From Lama guanicoe (taxonomy: Eukaryota), in NCBI GenBank assembly GCA_013239625.1, contig MU053216.1, positions 2,260,943-2,324,942 of the forward strand: a stretch of DNA of 64,000 bases, read 5' to 3'. How positions within the stretch are numbered: position 1 is the first letter of the stretch; each line of letters opens with the position of its first letter. The position numbers and the translations under genes were made by a program. Below, piece after piece: positions 38,135 to 50,099 of the stretch. Below the pieces are notes generated by a model. That model searched no databases, was not told the origin of the DNA, and worked only from the letters and a program-made list of their open reading frames with translations.

Positions 38135-38920
38135 GATGATTGACTATGTTCCCACATTGCACATTTCAGACCTGTGACTAATGTATTTACAACTGGAAGT
38201 TTGTGCCTCTTAACTTCCCTTACCTGGTTTTCCTCGCCAACCTCCCCCCGCCCCCGGCAGCCGCCTGTGTCTGTGGCTCTGGTTCTGTTTGTTCACTTGT
38301 TTTTAAGATTCCACATGTAGGGGAATCACATGGCACTTGTTTTTCTGTCTGACCTAGTTCACTAGGCGTAATACCCTCTTGGTCCATCCAGCATCTGTGT
38401 CCCCAGGTGAGTCCCCGTTTTCTCCTGCTTCTCTGGGAGGCTAAGGTCCACAAACGGATCTGAATAAGTGGGTCTGTTCAAATGACTGCTCCTAGCCTGG
38501 GTCCCAGGACGCATGGGAGCATGTGCAGCCTCTCAGAGCGGAGCCTGTCTCCCACAGCCCTCTGGCTCTCCCCAGATCAAGTCTTTCTGCCCCAAAGCCA
38601 GATGTTCTGGGGGCTCGTCTTCCTGGGGCAGGAGCCCCAGGCTGGGGGGCCCGAGGTGGGGCTCAGATCTCCGCCCCTTGGGCAGATCCCCTGTGATTGT
38701 CACTAGCCTGTCACCTGCGGGTCACCCAGGGGTGTGGGCGCCTCCTACCCATCTCCTTGTGGCTCCTTCTTTATGTCTTCAGTGCGGAAGATCCTGTCTG
38801 CGAGTCGTCGTGTCACTCCCACTGACAGCTGCTCTGTAGACAGCTGTAGTTCTGGTGTGCCTGTGGCAGGGGGTGGGCTCAGGGCCCTCCTCCTCTGCCA
38901 TCCCGGCCACACCTCCTCTC
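38135..38920 (-). mobile_element. Internally deleted LINE-1: 5'UTR (38391-38920) fused to ORF2 end / 3'UTR (38135-38390)
   Basis: Minus strand starts GGCCGGGATGGCAGAGGAGGAGGGCCCTGAGCCCACC (L1 5' end, homologous to 60316-60778). It switches to WMDQEGITPSELGQTEK (ORF2 terminus; ORF 38220..38453). Confidence 0.85.
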
Positions 38921-40254
38921 TTTGATCCATTTTATTTGCTAGTGTCCCCTCAGCGTCAAAAAGAGCAGGCACTCAACAAATATTTATGATTTGAAATAAA
39001 AAATAGCCTAAAGGTAATTCCAAAACTGAAAGAATTGGAAAGAATTATAACCCCTGTGTTCCAGCATGACTTGCCAAAATCACTCACTTTTTAATGGGAA
39101 GATGCAACGGGTATTTGCTCAATAATTTAAGAAAACAGAGGGAAGAACTTCCTGAGCAGGGCAGGGCACCTCAAAAGGTATCGGAGACTTCTTAGGCCTT
39201 TGGGTTTAATTCCTGCCCTACCGTTCAGTGACTGTGGATCTGGTGCAGTCACCAACTTCCCATCCCCGAGGCCCGCTTCCCTCTTGGTAGCAGCCTGTCA
39301 CCCTCCAGAGCAGCGAGAGAGGCCCCCGGGGAGCAGACAGCACCTCACGTGTTTGTTAAGTGAGGAGAAGCCGCCCCTCATCTCACCCAGTGAGCGGGAA
39401 ACGGACTTGGGCCGCTGGCTTCGTTTGCTGAAATCAGCGCTTACTACTTCTAACACATCTTTTAAAAAAGTTACAGAAGTGTATGCTTATATTTGTTTGA
39501 TGCCAAGGGAAATACACAAATACAACTTTATGTAGCCTAAAATTTAAATTTAAGAGGGTATCTTTGAACCAGAGGGAGTATTTACTCACCTACAAGACGT
39601 CTCTTGGGCCTAAAACTACATTCTCTGGTATCTGCTTATTAAGCTCCTGGTGTTGAGTTCAGCCCTGAGCGGACTTCCAAAGCTCTGGGTTTTCTGTTAC
39701 TAATTTTAATGAACACTAATGCGCATTCAGTGTTTAAATGCCACCCTGTTTGGGGGGTCGGAAAAGGCCGACTTCTGAAGATACTGATGCCAGAGAAGGC
39801 TTCCACAACCTCCCCAGGTTAGGAGAAACATTTGCTTGGTGTCGTTCCTTTGTTTTTGCACACATAAAATCATCAGAAGGGTTACACTATTTAGCTCTAG
39901 AGGAAAAGCTAAACTCGGAGAACCACTGAGCCAAAGGCAGGAAGAAAGGTCAAAAACCAGGAATAGTCCTAACCTCAGTATTTCAAAAATGGAGACTCCA
40001 CAAATACAGAGTATGTTGTTTGCTTTTTAGTAAAGAAAACATTCTTTAAAAAAAAAAAAACTCATCTGTCCTTGGAATGCTGGGAAAATGGCTAGATCTT
40101 AAAATGCATTTTGCACCAGAAAACAGGGATAATGGTTTAGAAAGTGACATTAAAACTTTTTGCCAAAGTTCAAAGCTTTATAGACCCAGAAGTTCCAGGT
40201 TCTATCTTGGTGCCTCTGGTTTTAGTCTTTTTTCTCTCTAGCCGTTTCTTTCTC

Positions 40255-40326
40255 GCTCTCTCTCGCACATGCATGCATGCACTCATGCATGCACACACAC
40301 GTGCATACACACACACACACACACAG
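40255..40326. repeat. (TC)n / (TGCA)n / (CA)n compound repeat
   Basis: Direct reading of the sequence. Confidence 0.9.
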
Positions 40327-40349
40327 AGCCATAAGGGACAGGGTTTAAA

Positions 40350-40535
40350 GAGTCCAAACACAGAGCTCTAGTTACAATCTTGACCTTTTTTCAGGTAAAC
40401 AGTGGATGGCCTGTGCCTTGGAACCTCAGTTTTCTCATATGTAACACATAATTACTGTTCTCTCTACATCACAAACGCGGGTGAAATTCTAAAAAAATGA
40501 ACGTAAGGCATTTTGCAGATGGTAAAGCACTGTGC
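40350..40535 (+). mobile_element. MIR SINE fragment
   Basis: GAACCTCAGTTTTCTCATATGTAA core; AAGGCATTTTGCAGATGGTAAAGCACTGTGCA 3' end. Confidence 0.7.
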
Positions 40536-41039
40536 ACACACATACACAATTGCCATCCTCCCGCACTGTGACAGTGCAGCCTCGCCAGCAGAGACGAGCA
40601 CGCTGGGGCTGAGTCAGGATGGGTTCATCAGTGGGGACCATAGACTTAGGGCTGGGAGGGAGTGCAAGCATGATGTTTTCTAACCTTCAGCATATTTAAG
40701 GACTTGCCCTCTACTGCATCTCTGACAGAAAGTCACTTCACTGCTGCTTCGGTATTTCCAGTGGTGGGCAATTTGGTCTTTCCCTAAGGGCGGTCTGTTC
40801 TATTAATGGAAATAGAAATTTTCTCCTACGTCTAATTGAGATCTCCTTAATTTCTAGAATAACCAGACATGTCTGGCAGTGCTGCGGATGCTTCATAAAA
40901 CTTGCTGTGCTGCACCTTTTGCATCTATTCAGTGATGCTGTGTGTTAATTGCCAAGAACTGAAGATTAAGCAGAGCTAATGCCTGTCCTCAAGGAGTGCT
41001 GGGCGGGCGCCAGCCCCCCAAAGTAAACAATTGAGATGG

Positions 41040-41420
41040 AAAGTATAGTACGAATTTCAAGTGGGATTTAACAGAGGGGATCGGTTACTAAGGGTTGAAA
41101 GGCTAAAAGGGTTCAGGTGCTGAGGTCACCAGTTACTAGGATCTCCAGGAAGCAGTCGCCACTCCTATGGCTCAGCTAACTCAGAAGTTAGGAACTGTAG
41201 GAAGCAGGGGTCACCGTCAGGAAGAGGTGGAGCTGACAGAATCGCGCCACGTCGTGGGGGGCGCTCAGCCCTCGACGGGCACCTCGGCATGGCCGGTGCT
41301 CAGCTTTCTCTGGGGGTAAGGATGCCATGTGGCTGGTGCGTGGACCACCGAACGTGGGGGGCACGGCTGGTTCTGGAACTCTGAAGGGGCCTGGCACAGC
41401 TGGTAATGAGGGTGCGAGCT
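41040..41420 (-). mobile_element. Possible ERVL-class LTR fragment
   Basis: GGGATTTAACAGAGGGGATCGGTTAC...GAGGTCACCAG...CAGGAAGCAGTCGCCACTCCTA resembles old ERVL LTRs and lies next to the ERVL pol remnant. Confidence 0.45.
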
Positions 41421-41559
41421 GTTGAGTTTCCTGGGAGAAACTTTCCTCTCCTGAAGACTAAGGTAGCTAAATCACTTGAGCCTAAAATTGCAGCTTTAGG
41501 GAGCTCAAGTTATTCAGGTGGTCCATCCTGTGCAAGAAGTGACAGGTGCTTCTCCAACT

Positions 41560-42070
41560 CCTCTATTATTTGCTGTCAGACCACTGGCTGTTTTACCGGT
41601 TGCTTGTTAAAAGCATATCCTGTGGCATAATGCCCCAACTTTGCAAGCACTTCCTCCAGTCAGCATATTAACTCAGTCTTCTATTTGCCACACTCTTGCT
41701 GGGTGATCAAGTATAAAATTGACATCAGTACATTTTTTGAGAATTAATCTACTGCTACACTTCTTTTTCTGTTAAATGAGTTTCTTGGTTAGAAGCAACG
41801 TTGTGCAGGACACCATGATGGTGAATCAGAACTTCATCAAGTCCATGGGTGGTTATGCTGACCAAAGTACTGCTGTCAGGAAAGAAAGTCTGTATCCCAG
41901 ATAAGTGTTTATTACACGAAGGAATTCTCCTTGCATGGTGGAAGGTGCCTAACCTGTGCCCGGCTGGCTACTTGGTTTCCTTAGAGAAGGGGCCACATCA
42001 AGGCCTGAGCATTGGTCTGTGCTGTTGGGCTAGTCAGACACTTGGCAGATGTCAGTGCTTATGTCAATGC
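41560..42070 (-). mobile_element. ERVL (class III ERV) integrase remnant
   Basis: Minus strand at about 41780-41853 translates TTHGLDEVLIHHHGVLHNVASNQET, matching the ERVL integrase segment TTIxGLTECLIHRHGIPHSIASDQGT. Also NTYLGY (compare DTYSGY) upstream. Confidence 0.8.
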
Positions 42071-43479
42071 ACCCATAAAGTTCATCCACCTGCACAGAAT
42101 AGTCTGTACTTGAGCCCACTGAGCAACACTGAGGACTGGGGGGAAGGCTTGTTGACATCCACAGAGCAGGTCACAAGTCCACAGTGAAACTAGTTAGTGA
42201 GCCAACATGAAAGGCCACTGAAGGTCAAAAGCTCTGATGGCCATTTCATCCCTGCTTCTCTTTGTGGTCAGTGTGCCTTCGTGTTCCTGGCAGTTAATGC
42301 TCCCTTCTTGGCCTTGGGTTCTCCAGGACCCTGGGACCTAGAGAAGCCAGCAGTGTTGTGACCTGCTGCTTGGAAGACCAGGGACTAACTCCTGTCATAT
42401 CAAGGGGTGATCAGACCCTGACAGGCTGATTCACGAGCCCAGAAACATATACAAGATGGGCTCAGACATCAGAATAGCTTCTTGATTGACGGGGAGAAAC
42501 TCCTGTCACACAGACCAGAAATATGTGATGGTCCCGTATGCCCAGCACATGCCCTCCTGCAGTCAAGCTGCAAGGAAGGCCAAAACCTAGTCAGAAACCG
42601 CTTTACTGATTCCTCAGGAAACAAAAATTTTGTGAAGCAGGACAAAAATACCTGGATGATTAGTGCTTTCTCCTTGCAGGTGAATGTGCCTCAGGGTGAG
42701 AACGCTGTGCTGAGTGCAGGAACAGAACGAAGCAAGTACAAAGAATCAGACATTTAATGGCATCAGACCATTCAAAGGATGTGGATACACGCATCACCCT
42801 GTAAAGGTGACTGAACAGTCGACGGCTGATGCTGCCAGCTCTGCACGATGTCTGCCTGAGCGGCTGGGACCAGGAAACTCAGGACTTCCTCATCTCTGTC
42901 GTATTTCTCGCCCTGTGTCTCTGCACATGGTCAAGCTTCCGTCTTGTGGGAATTCTGTCTCTAAGTGTGCTGATGACGAGGCGCAAACGACCCCGCCCGG
43001 CTGAGAGCCCGTGGGTCCTGTGTTGACCTTATATCGTGAACTCACAGAAAACTCTGTTCTGTGACTGATGATTTATGATGCTTTCCAGGTGAGTCTGCCG
43101 TGGGAACTGAGTACATAACTTTCGTGAAGTACCTGCCGCTACCCCTCGCAGATCGGAGGTGCTCAGTAAAGGAAAACAGGATTATAATAAGCCGGAGGTG
43201 GCAGACACAAGTGTAATTAAGTAACCACAGCAACAGCCCCACACGTTCTCGCGGTTCGTGGCTTGTGAGGAGCTGAATCCAGAGATGAGCGAAGGGAAAA
43301 ACCCTGATACCCAGTTACCTCTCAGCTCGAATACCAGCTTGTTGAAAAGGTGGAGACAGCGCTGTAGGCGTTCAGAATGGGCCAGACACTGAGCTCAACC
43401 CAAGGCTCAGCCTCGGTTTCCAAATGCTCGCTATTGTAGGCCCTCGCCCTAACCACCAGACAGAGCAGAAGGCTGCATT

Positions 43480-44960
43480 CTCTTATGAAATAAAGAAGAC
43501 CATACATCAATATCCACTGTCATTTTATACACAACATAGGAAGTTATGAGACCCACAAAAAGCAGAAAAATGCGACCTATAACAAGGAAAAACATAGCTA
43601 TTAGAAGAAAACCCACTGAACAATAGAAGATCATTCCAACTGAAGCAGAGAGAAAAAAGCGAGACCGGAGGAAGCCAGGAGAGCTTTAGCGACGTGCGAG
43701 GTAACGTCTCGCCACCTAATGCGTTTGTAACTGCGGTCCTGGGAGGGGGGAGGGACTGAATGCGGAAGGCAAAGCGGACTTGGAGTCTCAACCAAACATT
43801 TTCCAAATTTAATTTAAAATATCAACTCAAAGAGTCAGGATATGTAATAAACCTCAATTATAACAAATGCAAAGAAAGCCTCGGCCGGGCACATCATAAT
43901 CCAGCTTCTGAAAATAAGGTGTAAAGAGCCTGTGGTAAAAGAATTCAGAGAAGACAGTGCATCTCCAGGTGAAATGGTAAAAAACGACCACCAGCTTCTT
44001 GTCAGAAGAATGCAGGGCAGAGAGCGCGAAGTCATCTCTAAAGTGTCGAAGAGAGAGAGCATATCAACCTGGCATTCTATATCTAGCATAAATATCCTCT
44101 TGAAAATAAAGACATATTAAGATTAATGAAACCTGAAGGAATTCACTGCCAGCCAAAGGAATATGCATATTGTAAGTAACTAATTAAGAATTTATATCTA
44201 AAGTAACTCCTGAGGAAGTAATGCATTTAAACAGATACTTACTGAAAGAAAAAAAGATGTGAAGTGACTACTGAGTACTCACTAAGGTATACTGTAGCAT
44301 TAGATATCAGATAAATACCAATTAAAGCTGAAATGAGAGCTCACGGCCACTAGGATGACTAAATTTAAGAAAACTGGCAAGAGGCGTTGGTGAGGTTATG
44401 AAGCAGCTGGGTTTTCATACGCTGGTGGTGGGGATGCAGTCACGTCACAAGGCCGTTGGGTGGGTTCGTAGGAAGGTGGGCGTGCACGTGCCCTGGCAGT
44501 CTTACTCCTGGAGCAGTGAAAGCGTGCGTCCACAGACCGCTCGTAGGAGCAGCATTCCTCTTCAAAGCCAAGAAAGTGGACTTCTGCGCCCAGCAACAGG
44601 AAAATGGGTGCATAAAGTTCATACTTGTATACTTCTTGGCAATAAAAATGAGTGGACAGCGGACACACAGTGTAATGTGCATAAATCCCAAAAGCGTCAG
44701 GCTGAGAGAAAGAACCCAAACACGAAAGAGCGCCCACGGGTAGGCCCAGCCGCGTGCAGCTCAGAACCAGGCCGGGCTAGCCTCTGCCGGCGGCCGGGGC
44801 GGGAGCCGCGCCCCTCGGCGTCCGAGCTGAACGGACAGAGAGGCAGCGAAACCCGTCCGGGTGATGGAAGCAAAGCATTCTACATTTCGACTGAAACTTG
44901 AGTCATGTTTGTCAAAACGAATCAGTGTTCATTCTGTGTATGTAAGATGTGTCCCTGATC
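43480..44960 (+). mobile_element. Ancient LINE-1 (L1M-type) ORF1 and 3' remnants
   Basis: GGCACATCATAATCCAGCTTCTGAAAA (HIIIQLLK); CAACCTGGCATTCTATATCTAGC; CGTTGGTGAGGTTATGAAGCAGCTGG; GCAATAAAAATGAG...CATAAATCCCAAAAGC. Confidence 0.75.
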
Positions 44961-46404
44961 TCTGTACTTACAGCCCAGTAAGCATCAGCCTCCATGATGG
45001 CTGCGCACACAAAGACCGCCGTCCACAAGCACACGGGTTCCGCCTGCAAGGTCGGGGTCTTCCGCACATTATTCAAATGCTCTTGTTAATTCCACTGCAG
45101 CTGGCACAGTTTTGGAATCAGGTTTGATAAGCACTACATCATTGCTCAGCCCTAGAGTGTAACCCCCAGCAGGTCATGAATCTTAATCAACACCTTCAGT
45201 GTATAATTACTATGTTAATCTCAAATTCATCATGTTTAGTTGTTGCCTAAACCTCAGTCATGCCCAGTTCCTTCAGGAAATGCTTCTGTCCACAACCTGT
45301 CCCCTCCCTCTGTGGCTGTGATGCTGGATGGAGCTGCAGACACAAGGACCCAAAGCTGGACCCTTGATCCAGGTCTGTGCAAAGCCTTTGCCTCCTCTGT
45401 CCGGGGACTGCTCCAGCACAGGCACGGGGCCCGATCGAGGCCAAGAGGGGGCTTTTCTAGGATTGTTTTATTTAGAGCTGGGGGAAAAGGAGCTTTCTCT
45501 TTTTTGAGTATTCTGAAAAGATGTGACTTCTAGCAGTCTCTTTTATTACCATCAGGAACAATTATACTAAGTGAATATAAAGTCAAGCAAAGTCAAACAC
45601 ATAAAACAGGAGGGTTTGCACTGAGGCTCTGGTTCCCCTCTGTAGGATCCCCCACAGGGACATAGTTAGCAACAAGGAAAGCCGACTTGGTTTCCTGAGC
45701 CAAGAAATCTATTATGCTAACTTGAACCTCTGTTCCTTGCACTTGAAAGAAACTGGACTACATCATACTATTGTTGAGGTAATGAAATATGTTCTTTCAA
45801 TGTATTACTGAAAAAAATCAAGCGCACTTGGACCAAGGTAGTTTAACAGCTTGATAATTATCTTTAAAGTAATAAATGTAGTATGACAACTCCTGGCACC
45901 TATTAATCTCTGCTTCTTTTGCTCTGTGCTTGGAAATAATGTATTTAACATTCAGTTCTAATAAATACATGGATATTAATGTTAAGTCCAGTAATAACTA
46001 ATGTCCATGTCCTTTTTAAAAAAAAATTGAGAATTCTGGGAAAACAGGAGTGACAGTGTCATTTTTTAAAATTTCCAAGTTAATCATCAATGCGGATATA
46101 TTAACTAGACCAGGGGTGGGGGGAGCGCAGGAGCCAAACAGAATCTGCACAAAAAAGGAAGCAATGGAGTCTGAAAAATCTGAGAACTGGAGAACCCCAA
46201 AATAGCCAGAGCTACTCACTGGAAACCCGAGTGGCAGCCAAGGACGTGAGGGGCTTTGCGAGTAAGATGTGCAGAAATAAAAGCAGGACAGGACCTAGAA
46301 CATCCCCAGACTAACTACCCAGATCTCCCTCCAAGACAAAAGCCAACACTGAGGAGCGACTCCTAGGAGCAGAACAGAAACTGAACAGGACGCGGGTACA
46401 GGGG

Positions 46405-46762
46405 CCTTCCTGTCAATCAGGGCTGCCTGACAAAATACGGCCGGTTGGGCAGCTTAAACAACAGGGGTTGTTTCCTGGAGGCTAGAGACCCAAGGCCAAG
46501 GTGCCGGCGACTCTGATCAGATGAGGGTTGTCTTTCCGGCTTGTAGATGCTGCCGCCTTGCTGTGTCCTCATGGAGAGAGAGGAACCCCTGGCACCAGTC
46601 TCAGCTGGCATGAGGCCACCAGTCCTCACGGAGTAAGGCCCCAGCTGCGGCCTCACTGAGCCACCACCACCTTCTTACAGGCCCCGTCTTTAAACGCAGT
46701 CATATTGGGTGTCAGGGCTTCAACAGATGAATTTGGGTGGGGGACACAATTCAGTCCATAGG
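46405..46762 (-). mobile_element. MaLR solo LTR, MLT1A-like
   Basis: Minus strand CTATGGACTGAATTGTGTCCCCCACCCAAATTCATCTGTTGAAGCCCTGACACCCAATATGACTG. Plus strand TCAGGGCTGCCTGACAAAATAC...GGAGGCTAGAGACCCAAGGCCAAGGTGCCGGC. Confidence 0.9.
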
Positions 46763-47189
46763 CCCAAGGAGACAGAGGTCCTAGGAAACATTTGGGAACA
46801 AGAAGAGAGACGAGAAGTCTCAAGAAGTCCAGGACCATACTTTATACTGTATGAAGTTTAAAACTTCATGAAAATAACCTAACACAGAACTCCACAGTCA
46901 TACAGTTAAAATGGCTATCCTGACCCATTCTCTCCGTTTTAAAAATTTAGAAAGCAAAAGCAAACAGCAGAAAATCACTGTGATTCAGTCGTAAGTAAGC
47001 TCACTCGTTAGAAGGCTAACAGAAGAAACAAGATAACACCCTTACAAGAAGAGAACAAGGCCAGAAAGGCATGCTCATAAAATAGGTGAAAAGCTGTAAC
47101 CTCATATTTTAAAAATCAGCTGAAGGAAATTAAGAAAATTATAGAAGATACGAAAATAAAAACATGAATCAGCATTAAAAATAAAGAAG

Positions 47190-48840
47190 AGAGGAGTTCT
47201 GGTTTTCGTGCTGACACGCAAAGACCTCAGAAGTTGTCACTCCCTCATGAAAACCAAAAATGCTGAACAAACTGAAAATCAGTGATTTTTCTTAGAGTCA
47301 GAGACCTGAGACCACGGAGCTGCCTAGCCGAAATCTGAAGAGACCCGCGGACACAGAGAATCGAGTGGAGGTCAGCGTGCCCGCAGCACAGGCCTTCGCA
47401 GCCAGCAGCACGCAAACACCTGAACGGCCACTGTGATGTACCGCCGAGGCCGCGGCCGAGGGCAGGCGAGCGGGAGGGGGCTCCTGGAGCCAGTGTTAGG
47501 GGACTCCCACACTGGGGTGAGTTTCATATCTGAAACCCACCTAGGTTCTCATGGTCACACTTAGAGAAAAACCTCTCCTGTTTCTGGCAGAAGGGAAAAG
47601 TAACTATTTTAAAATATGCCCAGAGTTTTCTTCATAACAAAGTCCTGCCTTCCAAGGAGAAGTGTCCCCAGAAGCTTATCTACACGTGGGCGGGGCAGTG
47701 GGCCAGCTCCAGCCTCCTCCAGCCTTCCCACCTTAAACAAGGGGAGAAAGCAAGAAAAAGGCTACGGAGCACTTCTGAAGGCTGGGCCCCCTGAATAACA
47801 GAGATGTAATCATGGGGTTAAGTGTCACGGTTTCTCCTCCCCACCATTTCCGTAGGGCTCCAGTGAAATGACCGTCGGTTACAATGGAAGGAGATGCAGG
47901 ACACAGACTCTTCAAGAAGTTCTCAGGCAAATCCAGAGACACCAGGGGAGAAAACAAGATGAGGAAACGAGAGAACACTGAGTCCTCTGGCATCTGCAGT
48001 TACAGCGAGCAGAAAACATAGCTCAGCTCCTTGCCAGATGAACATAAAACCTCACACTAAAGGTCCAAGTGCCTCAGTTTCTATTACCCAGTATACTGTT
48101 TCCAGGGTTCAATAAAAAAAAGACAAGGCTTGCTAACGAGCATGAAACACACGGTCTGAACAGACGAAGCAAGTGTCAGAACCAGACATGGGTTTGATAT
48201 GGATTTCAGAATTATCAGACCAGGAATTTAAAATAAGGGCTCTGATGAAAAAAGTAGGCGACGTGCAAGAACACATGGGCAATGCAAGCAGAGAGGGAGA
48301 CTTTAAAGAAAAGATTCAAAAGGAAGTGCTCCAAATCAAACACATTGAAACAAACGAAGAATGCCTTTCCTGGACTCACCGTAGACTGAACGTAGTTGTG
48401 GACAGAATCAGTGAACTTGAAGACATGTCTCTAGAAATGACCTAACGTAAAGAGCAAAGGGAAAACAGAACTTCAAAAATGGAACGGCACGCCCAGCCGT
48501 CCTTGACAATGACAGAAGGTGCAACACACACGTAACTGTAATAGCACCAGCTGGAGGGAGGTCGGGGGGGGTAGAGGGAGAGAGAAGGAAAAAGAAAGAA
48601 AGAAAGAAAGAGGCAGGGAAGAGGGAGGGAAAGAAAAAAAAGAAATATTTAAGGTAATAATGGCCAACATTTTCCAAAGTTAAAAACAGACACAAACCCA
48701 CAGACCTGGGAAACTCTGACAACACCAAATAGGATCAATACAAGAATACCTAAACCTAGGCCTAGGATACGCAGGCAGCAAAAATCTAAAGACAGAAAGA
48801 AAATACTGAAAGAAAGCAGAGGATAAAACACCTTACCCGC
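47190..48840 (+). mobile_element. Ancient LINE-1 5'UTR + ORF1 remnant (L1MC-like)
   Basis: GAAGTTGTCACTCCC...GCTGAACAAACTGAAAATCA 5' motif. ORF 48173 ELSDQEFKIRALMKKVGDVQEHMGNASRE is ORF1-like. GGCCAACATTTTCCAAAGTT and GAAAATACTGAAAGAAAGCAGAG downstream. Confidence 0.8.
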
Positions 48841-49215
48841 TGTTGTGGGCTGAACCGTGTCCCCTCCGAAGCCCGCACGCTGAAGGCCTCGCGACCCGTG
48901 CGGCTGCGCTTGGACACGGGCCTCTGAGGAGGTGATTTAAGTGACATGAGGCGACATGGGGAGGAGCTAACTCAATGTGACTGGTGTCCCTGAAAGAGGG
49001 ACACAAGGATCCCCGTGCAGAGGGGAGAGGCCACATGAGGGCGCAGCGAGAAGACACCCGTCTGTAAGCCAGAGAGACAGACTCAGGAGGAATCAGACCT
49101 GCCGACACCTTGATCTTGGGCTTGTAGCTTCCAGAACTGTGAACAAGTAATTTTCTGTTTTGAAAGCCACTTGGTCCATGGTACTTTGTTACGGCAGCTT
49201 CTATAGACCAACACA
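48841..49215 (+). mobile_element. MaLR solo LTR, MLT1A-like, inserted in L1 ORF1
   Basis: TG...CA termini. CCTGCCGACACCTTGATCTTGGGCTTGTAGCTTCCAGAACTGTGA...GGTACTTTGTTACGGCAGC. Confidence 0.92.
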
Positions 49216-49239
49216 CTTATAGAGCAAAAAGGCTAATAA

Positions 49240-49650
49240 TTGTTACCTTGTGTGGCAAGGGACCTCACGGGCGTGATTAGGGTTAAGGGCCTCGAGATGA
49301 GATTCACCCATGCTATCCGAGTGGCCCAATCTAATCACGTGGGTCCTTGAAGGAGGAGGGTTTTCCCGGCTGGGGGTGGGGGTGTGACTACTGAGGAAGG
49401 ACTGAGGAAGATCAGACAGCGCTGGCCTTGAAGTGGAGGGAAGAGGCCCATCCGCCAAGGGCTGTGAGTGATTCCTAGAGGCTGGAAACGACTGGGAAAC
49501 GGACCGTCTCCTAGAGCTTCCAGAAAGGAACGCATGTTTGCTGATACCTTGAGTTCGCCCAGTGAGACCCCATTTGGATATCTGACCTGAAAAGCTGTAA
49601 GATGGTAAATCTGTGTTGGTTTAAGCCGTTAAGTTTGCAGTATTACAGCA

Positions 49651-49719
<69 letters not shown>

Positions 49720-49727
49720 CTAATACA
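49240..49727 (+). mobile_element. MaLR solo LTR, MLT1D-like
   Basis: TGTTACCTTGTGTGGCAAGGGAC...GGCCCAATCTAATCAC...CCTAGAGCTTCCAGAAAGGAACGCA...GCCCAGTGAGACCC...AAACTAATACA. Confidence 0.9.
49652..49717. repeat. Perfect (TAA)22 microsatellite
   Basis: 66 nt of uninterrupted TAA inside the 3' end of the MLT1D-like LTR. Confidence 0.98.
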
Positions 49728-50099
49728 CCAAAAATATTTAATAACATCCCTGGACCTTAAAGATGAAAATTCCAAACCAGAAATTCTAATTTCCATTAGA
49801 CTTTGTGATGGTGATGCTCTTGAAAGGCAACAGTGACAGAAGGTAATAGAGTAACTTTGTAAAGATGCCCAGAGAACAAAGTGTGAGACAAAATCCTATA
49901 TCCAGTTACCAACAAATTGTTAACGTACAAGTTCATGATGAATACCCTTGAACCTTTCCCGAGGAATCTTCCAGAAAACGAGCTTCAGAGAACATAAGTG
50001 ACTAGAGAGATACTGACCTACAAACCAGCACGTCTTCAAGACTGAGACTAGCGGCATGGGGAAAGAAGACACAAACTCGAAACCCGATAAAAACATAAA

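Noticed and set aside
39590..39695. Minus-strand exon ending at TAG|GTGAGT
   Set aside because: Good donor, but a poor acceptor and stops in all three frames. At most non-coding and unsupported.
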